Part shown: positions 9,504 through 19,156 of the stretch, piece after piece
How the letters are laid out: each line of letters begins with the position of its first letter
How positions within the stretch are numbered: the stretch's first letter is position 1
Source of the DNA: Gammaproteobacteria bacterium
Lineage (GTDB): Bacteria > Pseudomonadota > Gammaproteobacteria > GCA-001735895
Assembly (NCBI GenBank): GCA_050298595.1
Contig: JBNKUM010000025.1
Span: 1-28,864, forward strand
DNA: 28,864 bases
Direction: 5' to 3'
Program-made: the position numbers and the translations under genes
The notes under the pieces: generated by a model
The model's database searches: none
The model's input: only the letters and a program-made list of their open reading frames with translations
Told to the model about the DNA's origin: nothing

Positions 9504-10994
9504 ATGGTCCGTTTAGCTTTACGTTTTCTTGCAGGTATTGCTCTCCTGGTAGCTGCCAATCTAAGTTATGCTCAGCAAGCAGATTTCCCCAAAATAAATT
9601 TTTACTACTTGATTCCTTCTGATCGTGATTTTAACCAGGCTTATCTGGATGGAATTGAAAAAGCTGTTTTAACTGTTCAATCCTTTTATTCTGAACAACT
9701 TGGGGGCTCAGTTTTTGCTACAACCAACCCCATTGTCCAGGTTGTACATAGTACCAGAAACACTTCATGGCATGCGGATAGAATGTGGTTCAGGGCAATT
9801 GATACGATAGGTGCAAAGTTTAATGACCCGAATAATATTCATGTGATTTTCATCGATGCGATGCAATCATGCCCGGAGGACAGCGCCGTGGGAGGCACCA
9901 GTGGTATCGCTGTTTTGCCAGAGAACGATTTAAGAGGTCTGGCTGGTCAACAGACACTGCCTAATTGCAAAGGTAAATTTGACAATAGAGGTGAGAAGCG
10001 CTGGATCGGCGGTTTGGCTCACGAGCTGGGCCATGCTCTAACCTTGCCACATCCTCCAGGTTGCGATGACGTACCACGTGGTGTTGAGTGTGACTTGAAA
10101 TCGATCATGTCGTTGGGATATGAAGATTATACTACTGCACACTTTAGTCTTGTTGACAAAGCAACGCTTATGAACAGCGGTTTCTTTAGTCCATATTATA
10201 AGAATCCCAGGGGCTTTCCAATTGAGGAAAGCTTTGAAAATGATATCACCTGGTACGATGTCGGTAAGTTTAAGTGGATTGTTCAGTCTAATCATTCGAG
10301 CACTGCATATACAGGCCCAAGCCAGGCCGCACATGGTTATTCGTATCTGTTTTTTGAAACCTCCTATGGTTTTGCATACCAGGCTGGCGATGAGGCAGTG
10401 CTAGAAAGCGATGTGTTTGCTGCGCAAGATGCAAAAATCAGTTTCCAGTATCATATGTATGGAGCGGATATCGGCACTCTCTCCATTGATGTGTCGAGCG
10501 ACGGACTGAATTGGGAGACGATATGGTCTAAAAGCGGTCAACAGCAATATTCAATTACTGCTGCCTGGTCATCTCAAGTCGTTCGGCTCGACAACTATAG
10601 CGGCAATATTAGGTTACGAATCCGCGCAACGGCTGCTGGCGGCGATCTCGGCGACATTGCCATTGACAATTTGAAAATTCACAATGGCATAGAAATATTG
10701 AATTCATGGTTTGATGGTACCTGGTTTTTCACCGAATGGACACCGGTGAGTTATGCGAGTAATTACTCTCAGTTCGTAATTGGTGATTTCAGTAATGGCC
10801 GTCGCTGGCTCAATGTTTTTAACTCAGGTGCTGTATGGAGTGGTCATGATTCTCTTTATCAGTACTATCATAGGGGTGATATTTGTAAAGAGTTTGGTCA
10901 GGGTACTTACAAACTGAGCGCTCAGGTATGGCCAGAGCTTTTGGGCAACTTAAGTGATTCATCGGATATTGTAGGCAATATTACCTGCAATTAA
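9504..10994 (+). CDS. Secreted metzincin-like Zn metallopeptidase with MAM domain
   Basis: Signal peptide ending SYA; HELGHALTLPH plus Met-turn (SIMS); MAM motifs TGP...HG.YLFFETS, FQYHMYGxxIGTL, GDIAIDN. Confidence 0.82.
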   Translation: MVRLALRFLAGIALLVAANLSYAQQADFPKINFYYLIPSDRDFNQAYLDGIEKAVLTVQSFYSEQLGGSVFATTNPIVQVVHSTRNTSWHADRMWFRAIDTIGAKFNDPNNIHVIFIDAMQSCPEDSAVGGTSGIAVLPENDLRGLAGQQTLPNCKGKFDNRGEKRWIGGLAHELGHALTLPHPPGCDDVPRGVECDLKSIMSLGYEDYTTAHFSLVDKATLMNSGFFSPYYKNPRGFPIEESFENDITWYDVGKFKWIVQSNHSSTAYTGPSQAAHGYSYLFFETSYGFAYQAGDEAVLESDVFAAQDAKISFQYHMYGADIGTLSIDVSSDGLNWETIWSKSGQQQYSITAAWSSQVVRLDNYSGNIRLRIRATAAGGDLGDIAIDNLKIHNGIEILNSWFDGTWFFTEWTPVSYASNYSQFVIGDFSNGRRWLNVFNSGAVWSGHDSLYQYYHRGDICKEFGQGTYKLSAQVWPELLGNLSDSSDIVGNITCN

Positions 10995-11041
10995 TGGGTT
11001 GTTATTAATCCTCTAACCAAAGTGCGCTTTGCAAATGAGAA

Positions 11042-11081
11042 CCTACCTACAGTTGGTTTTGATACACGGGCTGTGGGTAGG
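11042..11081. terminator. Hairpin between convergent genes (possible terminator or REP)
   Basis: CCTACCTACAG ... CTGTGGGTAGG, 10/11 complementary; no U tract. Confidence 0.4.
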
Positions 11082-11111
11082 CTTGCTTCGACTTGTCTTT
11101 AGGTCTATATA

Positions 11112-11138
11112 GGGTCAGAGTTAGCTAGCACTGACCCC
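11112..11138. repeat. GGGTCAG-N12-CTGACCC palindrome
   Basis: Perfect 7-bp inverted repeat; related motifs recur around the Y1 transposase remnant. Confidence 0.6.
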
Positions 11139-11155
11139 ATTCGCTTGATGGGCTG

Positions 11156-12088
11156 TTACCATTCAGATCTGTCGATAACCCATCTGGCGCTCCACCAACC
11201 ATCCTTGATAGGACCTGCCTTTAACTCCAGTCCTTCATAATTTATATATGCACCTGTCCAGCGGTTTTGAATTTTATAGGTTTTACCATAATAGGGGTCG
11301 TTTTTATCCAGAATAACCGGAATCAATTTCCATTGTGCACTCCACCAGGCGCTAGATATTTGGCTCGACTCCAGGTATCCATTTACAACATTAAGATACT
11401 CAGAAGGCTTCCAGTAGTTTTTTATACGATAATAGGTTTCTCCATTTACGTCTAATTCCTCAAACCCCCATCTCGCACTGTACCAGTTGGGTAGAATCTT
11501 GCTGGCCTGAAGTTGTCCTGACTCATTATTCAAATACCTGTCAGCAACCCAATAGTTCTGTAAACGATGATTTCCATTAAATGAAAATCTATCATATACC
11601 ATTGCACTAACTAGGCTACCGCCAACAGCAGGGCTATAGCCCTTCCATCCCACCAAAATATTATCTCTTTCGATATCTATACTCGATGGAACAAAGAACC
11701 TATTAGATACCGCGATTTTCTGCGATAGAGGATCATCAAACTGACCAGCAGATACCCACGAAGACGCTGAATTAGATTGATACATTTTAAAGGTATTGGA
11801 TTCAGACGAATTACCAGCTATTGCCTTAGATGCGGATATCGCTACCAGATCCATGCCGTAGGTATTATCCTGAGACACTTTCTGAATGGTGGAACCTGAA
11901 ATCTTTAAAAACTCTACGGATGAAGCCGATGACACAATAATTCGATTACCAGTTATTTCAACAGATTTACCAAACTCTGACGCTGAGCCTAAATAACTAT
12001 TTAGAAAGTTCCAAATGCTTCCTGTTTTTTGATAAACAAAGACTTGATTAGTAACAGATTCGCTTACAACAAATCTATTTTCATTCAT
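11156..12088 (-). pseudogene. N-terminally truncated protein: beta-propeller-like (FG-GAP-like) segment plus C-terminal ricin-type beta-trefoil
   Basis: Three repeats of (R/K)(L/I)xNxW...Y(L/I)N...W(W/Y)SAxW; FGKSVEI propeller-like motif. No signal peptide, and an in-frame stop lies about 18 codons upstream. Could instead be an intact short CDS. Confidence 0.6.
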
Positions 12089-12439
12089 TGCAAGAGTCCC
12101 GCGATATGCCGAAAAAGAATGGTTAGTTAAAAAAGTATATTATTTCAACTTCCCCAGTTATAAGCGTCCTTGACGTTAACCATCCTGTAAACAATGGTTG
12201 CGCATCTAATATATTTCTGTAAAGGACTCAGTATTAACCCACAAATCATAGTTTTCGCTCAAGCAAAAGCGCCAAACACTTATCTATACCGAATACGCAT
12301 ATGGATCAAGACAGTATTCTTATTCCAATATTGCCCTAGACGATAGTTATATCACCGTGGAAAAAAATCAGTACCTAATCAAAAACTGTTTAGAGTCAGA
12401 GCTAAATGGTACTTACTTGAGCCGAAAACCAAAAGAATT

Positions 12440-12520
12440 CGTCATTGCAAGGACGCCTACATGGGCGCAGGTGTTAGGGTGATGCAGGAAGCCAGAGCCG
12501 AGCTCGAGACGTGGCAATCT
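12440..12520. repeat. CGTC-type REP-like element with an inserted second repeat
   Basis: CGTCATTGC ... CGTGGCAATCT ends; the internal GCCTACATGGGCGCAGGT...GCAGGA resembles the 47-bp unit at 21651. Confidence 0.55.
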
Positions 12521-13122
12521 TTTCGCTTGACGCAAGCTATTGATCCCGCAGATGTTTAATAAGTGCGCGCTTAACCTAATACCTTCAGTGAAGTCAAAAG
12601 TTTTTGCTTTGGTGTTAAATTAATCTCTTACGTAATAATCTTGCCCAAAAGCCACGGATTCAGGTAGTAAAAAATGCATATCATGAAGGCTCAGGCTGGA
12701 AGCAAAATCAGCCTCCAGCATCCCGCTTCAGGCAGGTGATAAAACTGGCACTACAACACAGTTACGCTGAATCTTGAGCGGGTTAAGCCTGTCATTCGGC
12801 TTTCTCGTCATAATATTTAAATCTGGATTGCGCAGTTGAACGCCCCAAAAATACAACAGCAAACAACTTTCGTTTTATCGCCACTATTTTATAATTTATT
12901 ATTCCTGTGACATAGTTTTGTTGCATATATTGAACTATTTTGCCATGGTATGAATGGTACTGAGCTATTAAGCTGCGGCTAGTGTTAGCAAAGATCACTG
13001 ACCCTAACCTATTACATAGGCATTTCTGGCTATGTGTCTTATCATGCTTCTCGTATAAATATTTTATGAAACCTGCCTGGCAGCGACCATCAATTTGACC
13101 ACTTATCTATAGAGATTATATC

Positions 13123-15180
13123 GTGTATTTTATATATCTTGCTTCTACTCTACTGTTTATCTGGATAACTGTTGCAGGGGTTACTGTGATCAGCAACCGC
13201 TATCTTTCTGATATCGCAGTAGCGCGCTCTGCCGGCTTGTTAATTGTGGTTCTTGTTCTGTTTTTTATCGAACATTTAATTGGCCTGGGAAAAATCTTCT
13301 GGATGTTACCCATAACAGTGATTTTAGGCCTATGGATGATTTGGAATGTCAATACTAAAGAACAGGGTAAAATATTTTGGCAATCAGAGCTGGTATTTGT
13401 ATTTGCGTTTTTATATGGATTATTCTGGCGCTACTCATTCCCTTCAATATCGCCTTCCTCCGAAAAAATCACAGATCTTTTTTTCATCAGCAACTATTAT
13501 CCCGGCGATACTTTACCACCGCTGGATAACTGGAACCCGCCGCATTTATTTGATTACTACTACGCATTTCAACATTATGCGGCAGCTCTGCTTGGGAGGG
13601 TGTTCAATTTAGAAATTGGTACCTGTTATAACCTTGCTTTTGCATTAATTGCGGCTTTACCGCTGACACTGGCCTGGTCGATGAGTGGATACTACATTCA
13701 AAAAAAGGCGCTACGTTTTTTGCTTGTCTGCACTCTTGCCTTTGGTGGTACTGGGTTTTCTCCAATATTATATTTTACTAACCAGGCGTCTGATACACCC
13801 AGTACACAAAACAAAAACGAATGGGTACAGCATGGCCGCGATATTGAAAACATATCGCGTCAAAATATCATTTCCAGCGCTAGATATATTGGCGGCGAGC
13901 TTGATTCAACTTCTCAAAAGGACAGGCCAGTCAGTAAATCAACAAATAAAGGAGTAACGCCTGAAAGCAAAACACCGCTAGTTCTTCCCTCTGAAAATTA
14001 TGGATATCAGTTTTTTCTGGGTGATTACCACCCTCCAACTGGAGGTTTTTTAATCCTTTTTCTGGCAATAGCCCTGATTGCAAGTGCAGAGAACAGCAGG
14101 CAATCGCGTGCAAGCCAGGCCTTGCTTGCCCTGTGTGTACCGGTGATGTTGATCACCAATACCTGGACATTTCCTTTACTCGTTTTATTAATCTTAGGCT
14201 GGTTAGCATTCAGGTTGATGTACAAACTTCCTGTTGACTGGCTTGCTCTATTTGCTGGAGGGGTCGCGGGAACATTTCTAATTTATCCATTTTTGATTGG
14301 TTTTACTTCTAATTCACTGCCGACGCCAATTAAATTCGTTTCTGAAAACTTGCATACACCTATCTCTCGGTTCATTGGTTTGCATTGGCCCGTATTACTT
14401 TTGCTTAGTTTTGGTTTTTTTGAGAAAAAATACCGACGCTTTAGCTTAACACTTTCGATAACTTGGCTTTCACTTTTGTTTATTTCAGAGTTTGTCTATA
14501 TCGACGACCCGACGGGAGCGCAATATGAACGTACGAATTCTGTCATGAAATGGTGGGGGTGGATTCAAACAGGCGTCATTGCAACGCTTGGAGCAGTCTG
14601 TTTAGGCTCTTCAAGAAAATGGATTCGCTGGGCCACAGTGGTGGTTTTTATCATTATCAACATCGCAGCGATAGATCTCGCTAAATATTGGTATTACTCT
14701 GGCAAGCAATACCAGGGCAAGTTAGCAGGACACCATTGGTATACACAAACCGCCACAAACCGGATGATGTTTGAGTTCTTGAAAGAAGCACCAAAGGGTG
14801 TAGTACTTGAAAGAATTTTAGATAACTCTTTCAGTAATACCAGCATATATAGTATTTTTAATAATAAGCCTGTGTTATTGGGCTGGCCTTTGCACCTTAA
14901 CACCTGGCATGGAGATGTTCCACGCATCTGGATTTTAAAAGATGAAATCGAGAGTTTCTACAGAGGTGAAATGGATGGTTCTCTGGTATGGCTGATGAGC
15001 CATAACGTTGAATATATAGTATTTGGACCAAGCGACAACAATTCGAATTTTGACATAATCAATAATCAAATAAAATCCATGTATTCCTGGCAGGAATATA
15101 ATCATTCACGGCATCGTCATACCGGTATCTGGGTGAAAATATCTACTGCTTCGAACCTCAGCAATCGAGTTTATCAATGA
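13123..15180 (+). CDS. DUF2298 / YYY polytopic membrane protein, divergent copy 2
   Basis: EKITD, PPLDNW, DYYY, LGDYHPP, NTWT, RTNSVMKWW, LGWPLHL occur in the same order as the motifs of copy 1. Confidence 0.8.
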   Translation: MYFIYLASTLLFIWITVAGVTVISNRYLSDIAVARSAGLLIVVLVLFFIEHLIGLGKIFWMLPITVILGLWMIWNVNTKEQGKIFWQSELVFVFAFLYGLFWRYSFPSISPSSEKITDLFFISNYYPGDTLPPLDNWNPPHLFDYYYAFQHYAAALLGRVFNLEIGTCYNLAFALIAALPLTLAWSMSGYYIQKKALRFLLVCTLAFGGTGFSPILYFTNQASDTPSTQNKNEWVQHGRDIENISRQNIISSARYIGGELDSTSQKDRPVSKSTNKGVTPESKTPLVLPSENYGYQFFLGDYHPPTGGFLILFLAIALIASAENSRQSRASQALLALCVPVMLITNTWTFPLLVLLILGWLAFRLMYKLPVDWLALFAGGVAGTFLIYPFLIGFTSNSLPTPIKFVSENLHTPISRFIGLHWPVLLLLSFGFFEKKYRRFSLTLSITWLSLLFISEFVYIDDPTGAQYERTNSVMKWWGWIQTGVIATLGAVCLGSSRKWIRWATVVVFIIINIAAIDLAKYWYYSGKQYQGKLAGHHWYTQTATNRMMFEFLKEAPKGVVLERILDNSFSNTSIYSIFNNKPVLLGWPLHLNTWHGDVPRIWILKDEIESFYRGEMDGSLVWLMSHNVEYIVFGPSDNNSNFDIINNQIKSMYSWQEYNHSRHRHTGIWVKISTASNLSNRVYQ

Positions 15181-15692
15181 ATAATAAAAGCGATGAAAAT
15201 CGCACTACTGTTGTGGACGACTCAATTATTGGTACGTCTGACACTATGTTAGATTCAACTGCAATAATGAAGCAGACGTGATCCCTCTGTATATTTAAAC
15301 GAACACTTAATGTTTTAAATGGCGCAGGCATTAAGTTTGAATTTATCTGCGTGAATGATGGCTCCTCAGATACAACGTTGCATCTACTTCGCGAATATGC
15401 GGCAAAAGAACCTGGGATTAAAGTAGTATCTTTCTCGCTTAATTTTGTAAGGAAACCGCGATGACAGCCGCACTGGATTTCGCCACTGGAGACGCAGTCA
15501 TCCCAATGGATGTGGATCTTCAAGATCCTCCTGAACTGATTATCGAGATGCTGGCGAAATGGCGGGAGGGTTATGATGTGGTTTATGCGGCAAGATCCAC
15601 ACGGAATTCAGATAGTTTTTTTAAACGAAAAACAGCGCTCTGGTTTTACTTTATCTTCAACAAAATTCTCAATAATAACGCGGGTCTAACAG
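15177..15692 (+). pseudogene. gtrB: GtrB-like GT2 glycosyltransferase, frameshifted, C-terminal half deleted
   Basis: ATG overlaps the YYY stop (ATGA). Fragments NNEADVIP / FEFICVNDGSSDTT...FSLNF / AMTAALDFATGDAVIPMDVDLQDPPE are separated by frameshifts; similarity ends at FNKI. Confidence 0.88.
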
Positions 15693-16096
15693 ATGACCAC
15701 AAAAAATCTGCTTTGGCAGCTTTTTTACTTTGCTGTTGTCGGCGTTGCTGCGACAATCACAAATTATGTCACTGCCGTAGTCTTTCACGAGTATTTTTAT
15801 TTCAGCCTCTACATTGCTCAGTTAGTCGGTTATTGTTTTGCTGTTGCGATTTCATTGTTTGGCCATAGCAAACTTACTTTTAAAACATCTCTAAGCCGTA
15901 AGGTCTTTATAAGGTTTGTTACAGTTTCACTAGCTACCTTATTGCTAAGTGAATTATTACTGTTTTTTTGGAAATCTTACTTGCGCTGCCCAATCGTATA
16001 TTTCTGCTTGTCGTAGTAATGACGATTCCCGTACTGACTTTTGTGCTCAACAAAATATGGGTATTCCAGCAAGGCAAACAAGAATGTGAAATATAG
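15693..16096 (+). pseudogene. gtrA: GtrA-family flippase with a one-base frameshift in a T7 run
   Basis: QLFYFAVVGVAAT..., HSKLTF, RF. Adding one T at 15963-15969 restores ...LTFVLNKIWVF and a stop at 16096. Confidence 0.85.
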
Positions 16097-16230
16097 AAAT
16101 CTGAAAGGGGCAGGCTAAAGTTTAAAATACTATAAATGGATGTCACAATTAAGTGCCATTTGGTAAACGACCTGATTTGACTGAGCTTAATGTGTTAAGT
16201 GACTATGTCTTACTCACGATATATGCCTAC

Positions 16231-16928
16231 TTCAGTGAAGATATCATTGAGATTTGTTTTACCGGACATGAGCATATCGATGAGATGGAATTGATCCATA
16301 TGAATAGACGGGTTTATGACCCGATTGAAGGACGGTTCTTTAGTCCAGATACGATTGTGCAGGCTCCGAAAGATCCGCAGGGGGTGTGGCTTCTGTTGCT
16401 GGTGGTGGTAAGTTTAAGAATGGAGCATTTAATGGGGCATTTGCTTATTTAATCACTCCGTCAGGGGGCGGTAGAGCATGGAACGAAACTGAAGAGCAAG
16501 AAGGGTTGAGCGAAGCGGAAAAATCAGCGAAATACAAAAGGGATTTAAAAGCTATTAATGAAGGATTGGATGCGATTAGAAATACTACTGATCTTAATAT
16601 TCCATGCAGAGTGATAACTGTTGATGCCTCTGATAATGATGGAAATTTGGCGGGTGTAAAGTGTGCTCTGTTTGAGTGTGATCCTGGAGTATATGTTTCA
16701 AAACAATATTTGCAGACAGAAAGGGATCCAAGTGTAATTTTGTTAACTGCTTATCATGAAACACTTCATTTCAATGATCTTCTAATCACAAACTACACTA
16801 TTGATAATTTAAGTTCTTATCGCCACACAGAGATCTATCGGCTAGAGGATCAGTTAAGTTGGGGGGCTTTACCGGGAACTAGGGAGAGGAAAGTATATGA
16901 AGAATTTATGCGGCTACAACATAGATAG
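16231..16928 (+). pseudogene. rhs: Orphan Rhs module: partial Rhs-associated core, Gly/Ala linker and C-terminal HEXXH putative toxin domain
   Basis: FTGHEHIDEMELIHMNRRVYDPIEGRFFSPD..VQAP..PQ, then a deletion/frameshift at about 16382 into GVASVAGGGKFKNGA. The C-terminal domain has HETLH; the NPxxxxDPxG segment is missing. Confidence 0.82.
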
Positions 16929-16932
16929 AATT

Positions 16933-17319
16933 ATGAAGCTCTTATTAGTAACTGTTTTAATTATTATTAGTATTTATTTTTCTGATCCAAAGGTTAGCGT
17001 TGACCATCCCCTGAAAGAGGAGGAGAGAACTAAATTTACTTTGATGACGTTCTCAGCAACTATGGAGAAAATTAAAGAGGATTTTGGTTATTACCCAAAT
17101 ACATCAGATGGATTCAAAGTGATTTACGGAAATTTGGATGGAGATATGAAGTGGAATGGTCCGTATTTGCTTAGAAAAGCAGAGATTGTTGATGCGTGGG
17201 GGCAGCAGATTATTTATCGATCACCATCAGTTTGTAGTGTAGGTGATTATGAGCTTTATTCAATTGGTAGGAATGGTATTGACGAATGCCTTAAAGGGGA
17301 CGATATATCAATTAAATGA
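16933..17319 (+). CDS. Stand-alone GspG (T2SS major pseudopilin) globular-domain protein; putative Rhs immunity protein
   Basis: GYYPxTxxG, WNGPYL, DAWG..IIY.SP, YELYSIGxNG...GDDI. Hydrophobic N-terminus without the G|FTLIE prepilin motif; ATG 4 bp after the toxin stop. Confidence 0.75.
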   Translation: MKLLLVTVLIIISIYFSDPKVSVDHPLKEEERTKFTLMTFSATMEKIKEDFGYYPNTSDGFKVIYGNLDGDMKWNGPYLLRKAEIVDAWGQQIIYRSPSVCSVGDYELYSIGRNGIDECLKGDDISIK

Positions 17320-17539
17320 TTTTGGGGGCAGGCCTTGCAATTCCTAAAGAATTATTAAATATATTGAATAAAAGAATAATAATAGGGGCAGACCACGTTT
17401 TCTGAAGGGAGACAAAGGCAATTGTACTTGTAAAGCCCCACGGAAAATAAAAGGGACGGTGGGATTAAAAAAATAAACAATTCCGAATGTGGAGTTTTCT
17501 AGATTGTTTGAATGAGAAGCAAAAGGAGAAAGAAATACC

Positions 17540-18063
17540 ATGGAAAGCAGGCTTTATTTAACGGGTTATCCGTATCACATTGTTCAAAGAGACAATCATC
17601 AAGAAGCCTGTTTTTTAGAGCCTGAGAATTACCAGTTTTACCTGGAGCTTTGGCAGGAGTGTTAGATACGGTATTGTACCAGAGTACATGCATATTGCCT
17701 GATGACGAACCATGTACAATTCTAGTGATACCGGAGAAGAAAGATTCAATATCGAATGCGTCCAAAGTGGTCGGGAGTCGGTATGCACAGTATATGAACA
17801 AGAAGTATAAGCGAACGGGTACCTCTGAGAGGGGCGGCACTGCTCAAGTCTGTTTCAGTCTGAGAAATATTTGCTGACGTGTTACCAGTATATCGAGCTA
17901 CACCCGGTTAGGACTGGTATGATGGAATCAGCGGAGGAATATAAATGGACAAGTTATGGTGTGAATGCCTTGAGTGATAGAGGTTGGACCCTGTCCCATG
18001 AATAGTATTTGAAATTAGGTGATGACAAAGAAAATCGATGCTCTCGGTATCGAAAGTGGATAA
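17540..18063 (+). mobile_element. Y1/HuH transposase pseudogene (IS200-like / REP-associated tyrosine transposase type)
   Basis: AGGAG upstream, then MESRLYLTGYPYHIVQR.N...CF, HAYCLMTNHVQ (degenerate HuH), RYAQYMNKKYKRTGT, L*EGR, YIELHPVR.GM...EYKWTSY, with several stops and frameshifts. Confidence 0.88.
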
Positions 18064-18744
18064 ATTTAAATCTCTCTGTTCTCATTTATTCTGTTGATCC
18101 TGGTGTTGAAACAGCAATAAAAAAACATTAAATATTTACGCTATAAATTTTAAAGAAACTACAACTAATTTGTTAACCAAAGATGGGAATTCAGTTTTAG
18201 AATGCAGGATTGTGGTTGGTGATTACGGTTAGGGCATAATTTCAGACCATCTTGCGAAACCCCATGGGCAGTTACCTTTTGAAAGGCCAGTCAAAATACC
18301 GCTATCATACAGCTTACTAAATTGTCTGCGCTCAGGCTGTAGAAAATGACTTCTCCCAGGTTATTTCTTGCTGCCGGTAAACTATGCTTAATACCAAATG
18401 GAACTGACTTAAGAGCAAAGCGAAATCGACTAGTCGGTGAGCGATATGTTGCATCACGGATCATACGCAATATTGAAAAGCTCTGGCGATACGGAGATGG
18501 AGTGTCTAGTACTGCAAAGGATCGTACAGTCCAATATGGATGACCTTATAACCCTGGTGGCTAATACAAGGCTTGATAGAGGCTTGTTTGCTTTTACTGA
18601 TGATATGATTGGGATTTAGCTGTTTGCCGAGAGCATCATGCGGTTAAGGATTGTCTGTGTTCAAAGCTTGAATTTTCTGTAGTCTGGATAGAGGAAATAA
18701 TTTACTAATTCATCTTTCTATATAATTATTCATAGACCCAGGGA

Positions 18745-19011
18745 ATGAATAAAAATAATATAAGGTTACAAGCAATATATCTGCGACTTAGCAATTCCGT
18801 TAGTGAATATCGGGTGCTCCGGTGTTCGTCTTAAATCCGCAGATCAATTTAAAACCAATTTATATAAAGGTATGCAGAAATCAGCTAGAGAGCAGTATAG
18901 AAAAATGTATAACTCATACAGCTAGAGGAATGCATTCAAAGAACTCAAGAGTCTTACGGTGAATATTATGAAAAGAGAGAAAACCTATCAAATTTATTAT
19001 TCAAAGACTAA
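18745..19011 (+). pseudogene. Frameshifted small lipoprotein-like cassette gene
   Basis: Fragments LAIPLVNIGCSG...LYKGMQ...EQ and EECIQRTQESYGEYYEKRE* lie in different frames, just upstream of an attC-like site. Confidence 0.45.
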
Positions 19012-19055
19012 TATAAATTTATCCAAATTCAGGCAACTTGTTTTGATAAAAAATG

Positions 19056-19135
19056 CGCTAACAATTATTTCATGTCGCTCATAAAATCCGTCGGTTGTGA
19101 CGCTTTTCTGCGTGCTCCATATTTAGGCGTTAGGA
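19056..19135 (+). other. attC-like integron cassette recombination site
   Basis: CGCTAAC ... GGC-GTTAGGA ends, 80 bp, with an internal imperfect hairpin (CATAAAA/TTTTCTG, CGTC/GACG); the next gene's RBS follows immediately. Confidence 0.62.
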
Positions 19136-19156
19136 CTGTTTATCAGGAGACTGATT

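Noticed and set aside
15461-15868. Novel 135-aa Cys-rich GT2 fusion protein
   Set aside because: It is a gtrB fragment reading out of frame through gtrA after a deletion.
16153-16452. Intact 99-aa gene
   Set aside because: Only the middle is Rhs core; the rest is out-of-frame read-through.
16897-17319. Functional gspG of a type II secretion operon
   Set aside because: No prepilin motif and no other gsp genes in the window; the start is better placed at 16933.
18180-18620. Integron integrase or other recognisable gene remnant
   Set aside because: No tyrosine recombinase motifs were recognised in the frames I read; left unassigned.
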